Source: Actinomycetota bacterium (lineage in GTDB: Bacteria; Actinomycetota; Actinomycetes; S36-B12; UBA5976). Taken from it: a DNA stretch of 64,000 nucleotides. A model generated the notes under the pieces. The model was not told the origin of the DNA. It searched no databases and saw nothing but the letters and a program-made list of their open reading frames with translations. Below, in pieces: positions 11,627 through 21,573 of the stretch. The number at the start of each line of letters is the position of its first letter. The first letter of the stretch is position 1. The stretch is from assembly GCA_026392515.1 (NCBI GenBank), contig JAPLBY010000029.1:13493-77492 (forward strand). The letters run 5' to 3'. The translations under genes were made by a program, and so were the position numbers.

Positions 11627-12199
11627 TTAGCGAGTGCTACCTGGTTTCCAAAGAACGTCGCCGACTTCTTTGTTGGCAACACGGGAAAGAATAAATAGCA
11701 AATCTGAAAGACGATTTAAGTAGTTTGCGGCCAGCACATTCATGCCACCGTGGTACATATCAAGTGCGCCCCAGGTGCTGCGTTCGGCTCGTCTAGTAAC
11801 GGTGCGAGCTACGTGCAAGTAAGCCGCGCCTACAGTTCCGCCAGGCAAGATAAAGGAGCGAAGTGCTTCGACTTCTTCGTTGTACTTATCGCACGCAGCC
11901 TCTAGGCGCTCGATGTACTCCTGAGTTACGCGAAGTGGCTCATATGGGGGATTATCAATTACCGGCGTGCAAAGGTCTGCGCCAACATCAAACAATTCAT
12001 TTTGAATCATGGTTAACAGGTCAACAATGTCACTTCTAAGTTCGCCCGCGGCAACTGCAAGGCCAATCGAACTGTTGGCTTCATCAACGTCGGCATAAGC
12101 CTTAAGGCGAGGATCATTCTTTCCAGTGCGACTCATGTCGCCAAGATTGGTTGTGCCGTCGTCGCCAGTGCGAGTGTAAATTCTTGTTAAATTGACCAT
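11627..12199 (-). CDS. PduO-type ATP:cob(I)alamin adenosyltransferase
   Basis: IYTRTGDDGTT N-terminus and the family-typical helical bundle sequence. Conserved position next to murA in actinobacteria. Confidence 0.85.
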   Translation of the reverse strand: MVNLTRIYTRTGDDGTTNLGDMSRTGKNDPRLKAYADVDEANSSIGLAVAAGELRSDIVDLLTMIQNELFDVGADLCTPVIDNPPYEPLRVTQEYIERLEAACDKYNEEVEALRSFILPGGTVGAAYLHVARTVTRRAERSTWGALDMYHGGMNVLAANYLNRLSDLLFILSRVANKEVGDVLWKPGSTR

Positions 12200-12284
12200 G
12201 CCCTAATCCTAGGGCGCATTGGGTTTATCTGCCTTTTCTTGAGTTAGAAATTAAATCGGCAAAAGCACGTTATTCTGCTTAATC

Positions 12285-13562
12285 GTGGATGTTTTTCGGA
12301 TTCAAGGGGGCGCCCGCCTAGTTGGCGAGGTGCATATCACTGGCGCCAAAAACAGCAGCTTAAAACTTATGGCTGTTGCTTTGCTCGCTCCTGGAAAAAC
12401 GACAATTCGTGCTGTGCCAAATATTCTCGATGTCACGATCATGGCTGAGTTACTTCGCCGACTTGGTTGTTCAGTTAGCTACAGCGCAGAAACTGAGACT
12501 GTTGAAATTGACGTACCCGCCACCATCGAGCATCGAGCGGATTACGACTTAGTCAGGCGCATGCGAGCATCAATTGCAGTTCTTGGACCACTTGTCGCCA
12601 GAACTGGCGCCGCCGATGTTGCCTTGCCAGGTGGCGATGCAATCGGATCACGCGGACTTGATATGCACACCGCAGGTCTAGAGCGAATGGGTGCAACAGT
12701 TGCCAATGAACATGGCTACCTCGTTGTTCATGCACCAGATGGTGGTCTAGTTGGTACTCATGTCTACCTAGATTTTCCAAGTGTTGGAGCTACCGAAACT
12801 TTATTGATGGCGGCAGTCACTGCTAATGGCGTGACCGTAATAGATAACGCTGCGCGCGAACCTGAAATCGTTGACATCTGCAACATGTTGTTAGCCATGG
12901 GCGCACAAATTGATGGTGTTGGTACCTCACTACTAACGATCACTGGGGTCTCAAGTTTGAAAGCAGTCGAACACACAACTGTTGCAGATCGAATTGTTGC
13001 AGGAACTTGGGCTGTGGCCGCTGTAATAACTGGTGGAGACATCACGGTGCGCAATGCAAATAGTGAGCACCTTTCGATAGCACTTGAGAAGCTGGTAACA
13101 GCTGGCGCTGAAGTAGAAATCACTAATGATGGGTTTAGAGTCCAGATGAATAAGCGTCCTACTGCCATCGATGTTGTTACGCTTCCGTATCCGGGATTCC
13201 CAACTGACCTACAACCACAATTTATTGCGCTGAATTCAATTGCCGAAGGTTCTGCGATGGTTACCGAAAATTTGTTTGAAGCGCGATTTAGATTTGTGCA
13301 GGAACTGACTCGACTTGGCGCTGAAGTTCGAACTGATGGTCATCATGCGCTTATCAGAGGCCGTTCCCAATTGTCCGGAGCACCAGTTGAAGCTACTGAC
13401 ATTCGAGCTGGAGCTGGTTTAGTACTAGCTGGCTTGGTTGCTGATGGCGAAACTACGGTTCATGCCATTGACCATATTGATCGTGGGTATGTGGACTTTG
13501 AAAAACAGTTGAGCAAGCTTGGCGCCAACATTATTCGTGAGACTAGCCCGCAGCTTTCTTAA
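12285..13562 (+). CDS. murA: UDP-N-acetylglucosamine 1-carboxyvinyltransferase
   Basis: GTG start. [10 protein letters not shown] motif. The active-site loop reads [10 protein letters not shown], with Asp in place of the fosfomycin-target Cys. Confidence 0.93.
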   Translation: MDVFRIQGGARLVGEVHITGAKNSSLKLMAVALLAPGKTTIRAVPNILDVTIMAELLRRLGCSVSYSAETETVEIDVPATIEHRADYDLVRRMRASIAVLGPLVARTGAADVALPGGDAIGSRGLDMHTAGLERMGATVANEHGYLVVHAPDGGLVGTHVYLDFPSVGATETLLMAAVTANGVTVIDNAAREPEIVDICNMLLAMGAQIDGVGTSLLTITGVSSLKAVEHTTVADRIVAGTWAVAAVITGGDITVRNANSEHLSIALEKLVTAGAEVEITNDGFRVQMNKRPTAIDVVTLPYPGFPTDLQPQFIALNSIAEGSAMVTENLFEARFRFVQELTRLGAEVRTDGHHALIRGRSQLSGAPVEATDIRAGAGLVLAGLVADGETTVHAIDHIDRGYVDFEKQLSKLGANIIRETSPQLS

Positions 13563-13872
13563 GAACCTGTTTCGCAACTTCAACATCTTTAGGCCAGACC
13601 ATAATCCTTGGGCCATCATTGGTTTGTGCCAAGCTCGCTCGAAGTCCAGCATCAACTAGGGATCGCCTTAAAACTTCGCCTTCTATGTAAGTGCTAGGCG
13701 ACGCTATTGGTACCAACATTCCGTATTCATCAGGATTGCCAGATTTCGGTGTTCGTTCAACTACTGATCCACCTCGGGCAAAAGCCCAACGCAGAATCAA
13801 AACCATGATGCCAAGGGCGGAAAATGCCACAAGTGGTCCAAAGAAATATGAAAACGAATTCCAGGCTGGCAC
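13543..13872 (-). CDS. Small membrane-anchored protein of unknown function (DUF2007-like C-terminal fold suspected)
   Basis: 109 aa with one N-terminal TM helix ([18 protein letters not shown]). The 3' end overlaps the murA 3' end by 20 nt. Confidence 0.45.
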   Translation of the reverse strand: MPAWNSFSYFFGPLVAFSALGIMVLILRWAFARGGSVVERTPKSGNPDEYGMLVPIASPSTYIEGEVLRRSLVDAGLRASLAQTNDGPRIMVWPKDVEVAKQVLKKAAG

Positions 13873-13959
13873 GTCTTAAGTCTGTCGCAACTTGCTCGTT
13901 ACTGCAGAGTAAAGTCTGCCCAACTACTGGCATTTTTTGATGTCTGCCAGACTAGACAC

Positions 13960-15081
13960 ATGAGTTTTTCGCAAATTGGTGTTGTTGGTCTGGGAATTAT
14001 GGGGGCCGGCATTGTCGAAGTTTTCGCTCGAGCTGGCTATCAAGTAGTTGGCGTTGCTGAGTCGGCTGCTGCAGTTGATGCTGGCAAATCCAATCTTGCT
14101 AAGTCACTGGCTAGGGCAGTTTCAAAAGGGAAGTTGAGCCAAGAACAAAGCGATGAAATTACCGCGCGAGTTTCATTCGGCGAAGACTTTGAACTTCTTG
14201 CTAATTGCGATCTGGTAATTGAAGCGGCACCAGAAATTCTTTCGCTAAAGGTTGACATTTTCTCTAAGTTGGATGCAGCTGTGAAACCATCAGGCATCCT
14301 GGCAACAAATACTTCAAGTTTGTCTGTTACTGAGATTGCAAATGCCACAACGCGTCCAGAAAAAGTCATCGGAATGCACTTCTTTAATCCAGCACCTGTT
14401 CAAAAGTTTGTTGAAGTGATTTCAACTGCGCATTCAGACGTTCAGGTTGTTGGGAAGATAGTCGAACTTGGAAATTCCCTTGGAAAACACCTAGCCCAGA
14501 TTTCGGACCAACCAGGATTCATTGTTAACAAGCTCTTGCTGCGTTACTTGAATCATGCGGTCCAGATTCTTGATGCTGGCCAGGCAACAAAAGAGCAGAT
14601 GGACGCAGCCATGCGCGAGCTTTCTGGCTACCCAATGGGGCCATGTGAACTCTTGGATCTAATCGGTATCGATACCTGTGTTGAAATCTTGAAGACAATT
14701 CACGCCGATACCAAGTTAGATATTGATGAACCCGCTGCTGGAATGGTCAGCTTGGTTTCTGCAGGAGCCAAGGGTCGCAAAACTGGATCCGGTTTTTATG
14801 ACTACTCCGAAAGACTTGATGCTCCAACAGATCCAAACGAAGCGATAAAGAACCAAGTACACAATGATCTGTTGATGGCATACCTCGGTGACTGCATTGC
14901 GATGGAAGCCACAGGCTACGCATCAAAGACTGATATTGATTCTGGAATGAAGCTGGGTTGTGGGTTACCTAAGGGACCATTTGAGGTAATCGAAAGTATC
15001 GGCATCGAAAAGGTCAGAGCTGGACAAGCTGAACTTGCGCAACGAACTGGAATTGCTGCTTATCAACCGTTGCCGTTCTAG
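13960..15081 (+). CDS. 3-hydroxyacyl/3-hydroxybutyryl-CoA dehydrogenase with an extra C-terminal domain copy
   Basis: Rossmann motif VVGLGIMGAGI and FFNPAPV. 373 aa versus about 285 aa for the minimal enzymes. Confidence 0.8.
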   Translation: MSFSQIGVVGLGIMGAGIVEVFARAGYQVVGVAESAAAVDAGKSNLAKSLARAVSKGKLSQEQSDEITARVSFGEDFELLANCDLVIEAAPEILSLKVDIFSKLDAAVKPSGILATNTSSLSVTEIANATTRPEKVIGMHFFNPAPVQKFVEVISTAHSDVQVVGKIVELGNSLGKHLAQISDQPGFIVNKLLLRYLNHAVQILDAGQATKEQMDAAMRELSGYPMGPCELLDLIGIDTCVEILKTIHADTKLDIDEPAAGMVSLVSAGAKGRKTGSGFYDYSERLDAPTDPNEAIKNQVHNDLLMAYLGDCIAMEATGYASKTDIDSGMKLGCGLPKGPFEVIESIGIEKVRAGQAELAQRTGIAAYQPLPF

Positions 15082-15111
15082 CACCTTTAGATTTGAACTT
15101 AGAATTGCACC

Positions 15112-15384
15112 ATGGGGCGCCGAAACCGAAGAGAGCCAAATCAAGAGCCACCTGAGCTCAAACTTGGCAGTTTTGGTCGCACCGAAAACCATGCCGATGG
15201 CGAATGGCAAGTTAATTCACTTACTGGCGAAACTTCTGTGAAGGTTTATCGCTGCCCTGGTTGCCAAGGTGACATCCAGCCCGGCACGGCACACATTGTC
15301 GCGTGGAACATGGACTACTCGGCTGACGAAAGACGACATTGGCACACAGCTTGTTGGAAACGTAGAACGCCGAGGAAATTCTGA
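15112..15384 (+). CDS. Small conserved-looking Zn-ribbon protein of unknown function
   Basis: 90 aa with CPGC ... HWHTAC metal-ligand spacing. The stop overlaps the next start (TGATG). Confidence 0.5.
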   Translation: MGRRNRREPNQEPPELKLGSFGRTENHADGEWQVNSLTGETSVKVYRCPGCQGDIQPGTAHIVAWNMDYSADERRHWHTACWKRRTPRKF

Positions 15385-16136
15385 TGGCTGAAATAGTTTC
15401 AAACAGCGTGCTTCCGGCAAAGCGTGAAGCCATAACGCTAGTAACTGAAGACAACTTGCGATTAGTCGGGGAGTTAGCGCTGCCCGTTTCGGAAAAACCA
15501 AAAGCCACAATTTTGTTACTTCATCCCAATCCAACTGGTGGCGGAATGATGGATAGTCATCTGTTCAAGAAAGCTGCTTGGCGACTCCCAGCCTTAGCTG
15601 ACGTTGCAATCTTGCGATGGAATACCCGAGGAACTACAAGCGCAGCCGGAACCAGTGAAGGTGAATACGACCAAGGCGCTTTAGAAGGCTTAGATTTCAA
15701 AGCTGCCTTGAATTTTGCCCAGTCGCGTGGCTTAGAAAACATTTGGCTAGTTGGTTGGTCATTTGGTACAGATGTCACTTTGATGCATGGCAACGTTGAT
15801 CCAGTTCAAGGTGCAGTTTTGTTTAGTCCACCTTTGATGTGGAGTACTGAAGAGCACCTCAAGTCATGGGCTGATTCTGGTCGCCCGCTTACGGCATTTG
15901 TTCCAGAACTAGATGACTACTTAAAACCACCTGAAGCCATCGAAAAGTTTTCAATCGTTCCGCAGTGCGATGTTGTTGCGATCCCTGAATGTCGACACTT
16001 ATGGGTTGGTGAAAAGTTTGTGCGGATTGCCTGGAATGAAGCGCTAAATCGAATACTTCCAGAGATGCCAGAACTGAGTTGGACTTGGGATGGCGAAATG
16101 ACGCGCTGGAACGACTTGTTGAACAAGTCTGAATAA
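15384..16136 (+). CDS. Alpha/beta-fold hydrolase
   Basis: Nucleophile elbow GWSFG. 250 aa. Confidence 0.65.
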   Translation: MAEIVSNSVLPAKREAITLVTEDNLRLVGELALPVSEKPKATILLLHPNPTGGGMMDSHLFKKAAWRLPALADVAILRWNTRGTTSAAGTSEGEYDQGALEGLDFKAALNFAQSRGLENIWLVGWSFGTDVTLMHGNVDPVQGAVLFSPPLMWSTEEHLKSWADSGRPLTAFVPELDDYLKPPEAIEKFSIVPQCDVVAIPECRHLWVGEKFVRIAWNEALNRILPEMPELSWTWDGEMTRWNDLLNKSE

Positions 16137-16145
16137 TTCTTTACG

Positions 16146-16586
16146 TTAGTGATCAACTGGCTGGACTAGTTCAACAAGAACTCCGCCAGCGTCTTTTGGA
16201 TGCACAAAGTTAATTAGTGATCCAGCGGTGCCAATACGTGACTCTGGATAAATCAATCGCATCCCAGCGCTTAAAACTTTTGCCATTGCTTCATCGATGT
16301 TGGTAACTCGAAATGCCAGCTGTTGAATTCCTTCACCACTGCGCTCAAGAAATTTTGCGATTGTTGATTCAGGATTTAGGGGAGCCAACAACTGCAAACG
16401 AGTTCCATCAGCTAAATCGAGCATGGCTTCTTCAATACCTTGAGATTCGTTTATTTCTCGGTGCGAAACTTCTAAGCCGAAAGTCTGGGACCAACGTGCG
16501 ATGGCCTCATCTAGGTCTCTAACAGCGAGCCCAACATGATCGATTCCTAACAGCGTTCCGCCTAGTGCGGCACTTAAGTTGACCAT
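16146..16586 (-). CDS. mce: Methylmalonyl-CoA epimerase (VOC/glyoxalase fold)
   Basis: GIDHVGLAV ... HPKDAGGVLVEL pattern. Start moved to ATG 16586 (GAGGA upstream). Confidence 0.75.
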   Translation of the reverse strand: MVNLSAALGGTLLGIDHVGLAVRDLDEAIARWSQTFGLEVSHREINESQGIEEAMLDLADGTRLQLLAPLNPESTIAKFLERSGEGIQQLAFRVTNIDEAMAKVLSAGMRLIYPESRIGTAGSLINFVHPKDAGGVLVELVQPVDH

Positions 16587-16708
16587 TGCAATCCTCGCAA
16601 TCATTGGGCGGATTCCTGCTAAGTCCAAGAACATCGCTAAGGTGACAGTAAGGGATTTTGCACATCACGCGCAATTTCTTGTACTTTTGCTGATCGGAAA
16701 GGCCTTTA

Positions 16709-17884
16709 ATGTCCGTCATTGTTGGTGGAGCTCGTACCGGAATCGGTCGATTGCTGGGCTCTCTAAAAGATGTCTCTGCTGTTGAACTTGGAGCCACTGC
16801 AATTCGTGGGGCTTTGGAAAAATCTGGCGTTTCCGCATCGGATGTTGATTACGTAATCATGGGGCATGTTTTGCAGGCTGGAGCTGGCCAGATGCCGGCG
16901 CGCCAAGCAGCAATTAAGGCTGGAATTGGACTTGATGTTCCAGCAATCAGCGTAAACAAAGTTTGCTTGTCAGGAATTAATGCAATCGCAATGGCAGATC
17001 AACTAATTCGTTCCGGCGAGGCCGATGTTGTAATCGCCGGTGGCATGGAGAGCATGACAAATGCTCCGCACGTTCTAGTTGGAAGTCGCGAAGGTGTTAA
17101 GTATGGCGACTGGACACTTAAAGACACCATGGCATTCGATGGCCTCTACTGTGCGATCGATCAACTTGGTATGGGTGAAGCAACTGATAAATACACTGCT
17201 GCCGAAAAAATCTCGCGGGAGCGCCAAGATGAATTCTCTGCGAAGTCACATCAAAGAGCTGCAGCTGCTCATGCTGCTGGTATTTTTGCTGACGAGATTG
17301 TTCCGGTCTCAATCCCACAACGTAAAGGCGACCCAATTCTGTTTGCAACAGATGAAGGTATTAGGTCTGAAACCACGGCTGATTCATTAGGCAAACTACG
17401 CCCAGCGTTTGATCCAAACGGAACAATCACTGCAGGTTCTTCTTCACAAATTAGTGATGGCGCAGCTGCGGTAATCGTAATGAGCGAAAAGAAAGCTGCC
17501 GAACTTGGATTAATGGTTCTGGCTGAAATTTTGGCTCATGGAATGGTAGCTGGACCGGACGCATCGTTAGTTGCCCAGCCAGCGCGCGCAATCAAGAAGG
17601 CAGCTCAAAAAGCCGGACTAGATCCTGCTGGTTTAGATCTTTATGAAATGAATGAAGCTTTTGCATCAGTGGCACTTGTGAGCATGGATCAACTTGGAAT
17701 CGATGACTCCAAAGTAAACGTAAACGGTGGCGCAATTGCTCTTGGACATCCCATCGGAATGTCAGGCGCCCGAATTGTTCTGCACTTGGCTAATGAATTG
17801 AAACGTCGTGGCGGTGGCACCGGCGCTGCTGCGTTATGCGGCGGTGGCGGTCAAGGCGACGCACTAATCATCAGAGTTCCATAG
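16709..17884 (+). CDS. Acetyl-CoA C-acetyltransferase (thiolase II)
   Basis: VNKVCLSG active-site Cys, and the C-terminal [19 protein letters not shown] and CGGGGQG motifs. Confidence 0.9.
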   Translation: MSVIVGGARTGIGRLLGSLKDVSAVELGATAIRGALEKSGVSASDVDYVIMGHVLQAGAGQMPARQAAIKAGIGLDVPAISVNKVCLSGINAIAMADQLIRSGEADVVIAGGMESMTNAPHVLVGSREGVKYGDWTLKDTMAFDGLYCAIDQLGMGEATDKYTAAEKISRERQDEFSAKSHQRAAAAHAAGIFADEIVPVSIPQRKGDPILFATDEGIRSETTADSLGKLRPAFDPNGTITAGSSSQISDGAAAVIVMSEKKAAELGLMVLAEILAHGMVAGPDASLVAQPARAIKKAAQKAGLDPAGLDLYEMNEAFASVALVSMDQLGIDDSKVNVNGGAIALGHPIGMSGARIVLHLANELKRRGGGTGAAALCGGGGQGDALIIRVP

Positions 17885-17895
17885 GTTAATTTCAA

Positions 17896-18825
17896 ATGCA
17901 CTCCTTACTTGAAGCAGCAGTCTCAGGAGACGTGCGCGCCTTGGGTAAGGCACTTAGCGTGATTGAAGATGGCACACCTGAGTTAACTGAACTCCTAAGT
18001 GGTTTGCCTGATTCCGGATCCGCATTACTTATTGGAGTAACTGGACCTCCTGGAGTTGGTAAGTCAACAACAACTGGCGCATTGATTTCTGAATATCGAA
18101 GCAAAGGTTTACGCGTAGCAGTTTTAGCCGTTGATCCTTCCTCACCAGTTACTGGTGGCGCACTTCTTGGTGATCGCATTCGAATGCAAGAACATGCCTT
18201 AGACGAAGGTGTGTTCATTCGATCAATGTCATCTCGCGGCCAACTTGGCGGACTATCGAGCGCAACCCAGGCTGCTGCAAAAGTCTTGGACGCAGTCGGG
18301 TTTGACGTCATCATTGTTGAGACCGTTGGTGTTGGTCAGTCCGAAGTTGATGTTGTAAATGCAGTGGACACTGTGGTTTTGGTTTTGGCCCCTGGCGCAG
18401 GTGATGGCGTGCAAGCTGCAAAAGCTGGAATTCTAGAAATTGCTGATATCTATGTCGTGAATAAGGCAGATCGTGATGGTGCCGAAGGTGTAGTTCGGGA
18501 ACTGCGTTCCATGATTGGACTTGGTTCAAACAGCCAAGCATCTTGGACTCCAGAGATTGTCACTACGACTGCAACAACCGGTCAAGGTCTAGCAGATTTG
18601 GTTCTGGCAATTTCAAAACATCACGACTGGGCAGTGGCGTCGGGCGATCGCGCATTGCGTTCCGTTGAACGAGCCAAACTAAACCTTCGTCGCGCCGTCT
18701 TGGATTCGATTACTGAACTAATGGACGTCAATGCAGCAGCTTTGAATTCACTTAGTGCCCAAGTGGCAAGTGGCGAAATCTCAACCGAATCAGCCGTCAA
18801 AGAGATTTTGCGGGACTTGAGTTAG
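17896..18825 (+). CDS. meaB: MeaB/ArgK-type G-protein chaperone for AdoCbl-dependent acyl-CoA mutases
   Basis: P-loop GPPGVGKST, then VDPSSPVTGGALLGDRIRM and VNKADR. Confidence 0.85.
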   Translation: MHSLLEAAVSGDVRALGKALSVIEDGTPELTELLSGLPDSGSALLIGVTGPPGVGKSTTTGALISEYRSKGLRVAVLAVDPSSPVTGGALLGDRIRMQEHALDEGVFIRSMSSRGQLGGLSSATQAAAKVLDAVGFDVIIVETVGVGQSEVDVVNAVDTVVLVLAPGAGDGVQAAKAGILEIADIYVVNKADRDGAEGVVRELRSMIGLGSNSQASWTPEIVTTTATTGQGLADLVLAISKHHDWAVASGDRALRSVERAKLNLRRAVLDSITELMDVNAAALNSLSAQVASGEISTESAVKEILRDLS

Positions 18826-18840
18826 TACCAGGAACTATAG

Positions 18841-19806
18841 ATGCGCCACAATAGAGGCGTGAATCAGTCCAACATGAACTTGCAAGGTGCCATTGATCTT
18901 GGCGCGGTAGCTGCAGCGCGAGAAGCACAAGCAAAAGCGGCGCAGGCTGCGGCGCAACGGGCAGCCGATCCAATTGCAAGTAACCTGATCATTGATGTGA
19001 CCACCTCAAGCTTTGAAGCAGATGTAATAACTCAGTCGATGACTGTTCCAGTAGTTGTTGACCTTTGGGCCACCTGGTGTGAACCATGTAAACAACTTTC
19101 GCCAATCCTTGAAAAACTTGCCCTTGAATATGACGGTCGCTGGATCCTTGCCAAAGTTGATGTTGATGCTGAACAACAAATTGCTGCAGCTTTCCAGGTG
19201 CAATCAATCCCAACGGTTTATGTCGTTATCGGTGGGCAGGTAGCTCCGATGTTCCAAGGCGCCATGGCGGAATCACAAGTTCGCCAAGTATTAGAAGCAG
19301 TGCTCGCCGAAGCGGAAAAAGCAGGCATTACTGGACGCGTTGGATTAGCTGATGGCACCGCAGAAGAACCAGAAAACCAAAACCAAACTTTGCAGCCACC
19401 AAGCGATCCAAGATTTGATGCCGCCGAAGCAGCCCTTGAGGCCGGAGACTGGGCTAAAGCAGCCGAGGCTTATAAAGAAATCCTGTCTGTCACTCCAGGT
19501 GATGCAATTGCAAAAATTGGTTTGCTCAATGTAAATCTCTTTCAGCGCACTGATGGTCGTGATTTAGCTGCAGATGTTGAAACCATGACACTAGAAACTG
19601 ATTCGGTATTACGCGCTGCTGATTCAACTTTTTTAATGGGCGAGTTTGCGGATGCATTTGCGTTACTTATTGAACACCTCAAGAACGTAACCGGAACTGA
19701 GCGGGATCAAACTCGCGAACGAGTTTTGGAACTTTTTGAAATTGCAGGTCCAGCAGATCCTGCCGTAGTTAAGGCAAGAATCGCACTAACTAACGCGCTT
19801 TTTTAA
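18841..19806 (+). CDS. Thioredoxin-domain plus TPR-like co-chaperone (YbbN/Trx-TPR family)
   Basis: WATWCEPCKQL thioredoxin motif followed by a helical-repeat C-terminus. Confidence 0.7.
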   Translation: MRHNRGVNQSNMNLQGAIDLGAVAAAREAQAKAAQAAAQRAADPIASNLIIDVTTSSFEADVITQSMTVPVVVDLWATWCEPCKQLSPILEKLALEYDGRWILAKVDVDAEQQIAAAFQVQSIPTVYVVIGGQVAPMFQGAMAESQVRQVLEAVLAEAEKAGITGRVGLADGTAEEPENQNQTLQPPSDPRFDAAEAALEAGDWAKAAEAYKEILSVTPGDAIAKIGLLNVNLFQRTDGRDLAADVETMTLETDSVLRAADSTFLMGEFADAFALLIEHLKNVTGTERDQTRERVLELFEIAGPADPAVVKARIALTNALF

Positions 19807-19856
19807 TCCCATCCTTAAAGTTTTGTCGACTCTCAATCGGTAGATAGGCTTATAAC

Positions 19857-20630
19857 GTGTCGGAATTCATCAGAGTTGAACGCCAAGAGCGTATTGCAGT
19901 TATTTACTTAGACCGTCCAAAGATGAACGTGCTAAATCGTGCCATGCAGGAAGAAATCAAAGCTGTTGCGCTTGAGGTTTCAAGCACGGATGAAGTTCGC
20001 GCGGTTGTTATTTATGGTGGCGAACGAACTTTTGCAGCTGGTGCTGACATTAAAGAAATGATTGATTGGGATGGCGAAGTCGCCAGACAGGAAACCCCAG
20101 GTCTACAAGCTTGCTTTAACGCAGTCGGCGACATTCCAGTTCCAACTATTGCTGCGATCACAGGCTATGCACTTGGTGGCGGCTTGGAACTTGCTCTAAG
20201 TTGCGACTTTAGGATCGCGGCATCAAATGCCGTTATGGGTCAGCCAGAAATTTTGCTTGGCATCATTCCTGGCGGCGGCGGCACGCAGCGCTTAGCTCGA
20301 CTAATTGGTCCATCCCGAGCAAAAGATTTGATCTTCACTGGTCGTCGTGTAAATGCAGACGAGGCACTAACCCTTGGACTTGTAAATGAAGTTGTAGATT
20401 CAAGCGATGTTCTTAAGCGAGCTATGGAACTAGCAAACCTTTACGCAACTGGGCCGGTTACTGCGATGAAGGCCGCCAAGCGTGGTATCGATAAAGGTGG
20501 CGAGCAACTATTGGCCGACGGTTTGGTTATGGAGCAGGGGCTGTTTGCTGGCCAATTCGATACCAATGACCAAAAGGTTGGCATGAAGTCCTTCGTAGAA
20601 AATGGCCCAGGTAAGGCAGATTTCTCCTAA
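19857..20630 (+). CDS. Enoyl-CoA hydratase (crotonase family)
   Basis: GTG start. FAAGADIKEM and GYALGGGLELALSCD motifs. Confidence 0.85.
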   Translation: MSEFIRVERQERIAVIYLDRPKMNVLNRAMQEEIKAVALEVSSTDEVRAVVIYGGERTFAAGADIKEMIDWDGEVARQETPGLQACFNAVGDIPVPTIAAITGYALGGGLELALSCDFRIAASNAVMGQPEILLGIIPGGGGTQRLARLIGPSRAKDLIFTGRRVNADEALTLGLVNEVVDSSDVLKRAMELANLYATGPVTAMKAAKRGIDKGGEQLLADGLVMEQGLFAGQFDTNDQKVGMKSFVENGPGKADFS

Positions 20631-20702
20631 TTAGCTTGGCTTGCTACGCAGGCCAACCCTGAACTAGCGCCTTTGAAATAAGCGATTAGGATTGTAAGTG
20701 AC

Positions 20703-20718
20703 GGATTGGATCCAATCC
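20703..20718. promoter_or_regulatory. Perfect 16-bp palindrome GGATTGGATCCAATCC, a candidate operator upstream of etfBA
   Basis: Read directly. Centred about 75 nt upstream of the etfB ATG, inside a 155-nt intergenic region. Confidence 0.35.
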
Positions 20719-20785
20719 TGAAGCCACCCAAATTGTGGTTTTAGGAAGTGGATTAAAACTTCGTCTGGGCGCTAAAGGAGTTGGC

Positions 20786-21565
20786 ATGAAGATTTGTGTT
20801 TGCGTAAAGCAGGTTCCAGATAGCTGGGCGGAAAAGAAGTTGACTGCATCTGACAGCACTTTGGATCGCGCAGCTGCTGACCGCGTAGTTAATGAACTCG
20901 ATGAGTACGCAGTTGAAGAAGCCCTGCGAATTGTTGAAGCCGGCGAAGGCGAAGTAACAATTCTTTCGATGGGACCAGATGAAGCAGCGGACAGCGTTCG
21001 CAAAGCTATCTCAATGGGTGCTCACGCAGGAATTCATATCAGCGATCCAGCACTTCATGGATCCGATGCACTTGCAACATCACTTGTACTTGCCAAAGCA
21101 CTTGAAGGCCGTGGCTTTGATTTGATTATGTTTGGCTCTGAATCAACTGATGCACGCATGAGTGTTGTGCCTGCGATGGTTTCAGCTCGACTTGGTTTGC
21201 CACAGATGACTTTTGCAAACAAGGTTGTAGTAAGCGGTTCAAATCTAACAATCCACCGCGTTACCGATTACGGTTACGACGAAGTTCAGTCCAGCCTGCC
21301 AGCCGTTGTTTCAGTAGTTGAAAAAACAAATGAGCCTCGTTACCCATCTTTCAAGAACATCATGGCTGCCAAGAAGGCACCGATGGAAACCTTGAGTCTT
21401 GCTGACATTGGACTAGATGCAGCAACTGTCGGCCTTGCTAATGCCTGGAGTGAAGTAAAAGACTTCGCAGAACGTCCAGCTAAGGCAAAGGGCACTGTCA
21501 TTACCGACGAAGGTAATGGCGCAGAAAAAATCGAAGAATTCCTCGTCACCCAGAAATTCATCTAG
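20786..21565 (+). CDS. etfB: Electron transfer flavoprotein beta subunit
   Basis: MKICVCVKQVPD N-terminus. AAGGAG lies 7 nt upstream of ATG 20786, so the ORF-track start at 20735 is rejected. Confidence 0.9.
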   Translation: MKICVCVKQVPDSWAEKKLTASDSTLDRAAADRVVNELDEYAVEEALRIVEAGEGEVTILSMGPDEAADSVRKAISMGAHAGIHISDPALHGSDALATSLVLAKALEGRGFDLIMFGSESTDARMSVVPAMVSARLGLPQMTFANKVVVSGSNLTIHRVTDYGYDEVQSSLPAVVSVVEKTNEPRYPSFKNIMAAKKAPMETLSLADIGLDAATVGLANAWSEVKDFAERPAKAKGTVITDEGNGAEKIEEFLVTQKFI

Positions 21566-21573
21566 GAGCATCT

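Noticed and set aside
12200-12215. Hairpin GCCCTA-ATCC-TAGGGC abutting the adenosyltransferase start codon, and similar 6-bp inverted repeats at 13926-13949 and 28027-28050.
   Set aside because: The stems are short (6 bp), carry no U-tracts and match no known motif. They are too weak to call regulatory without comparative data.
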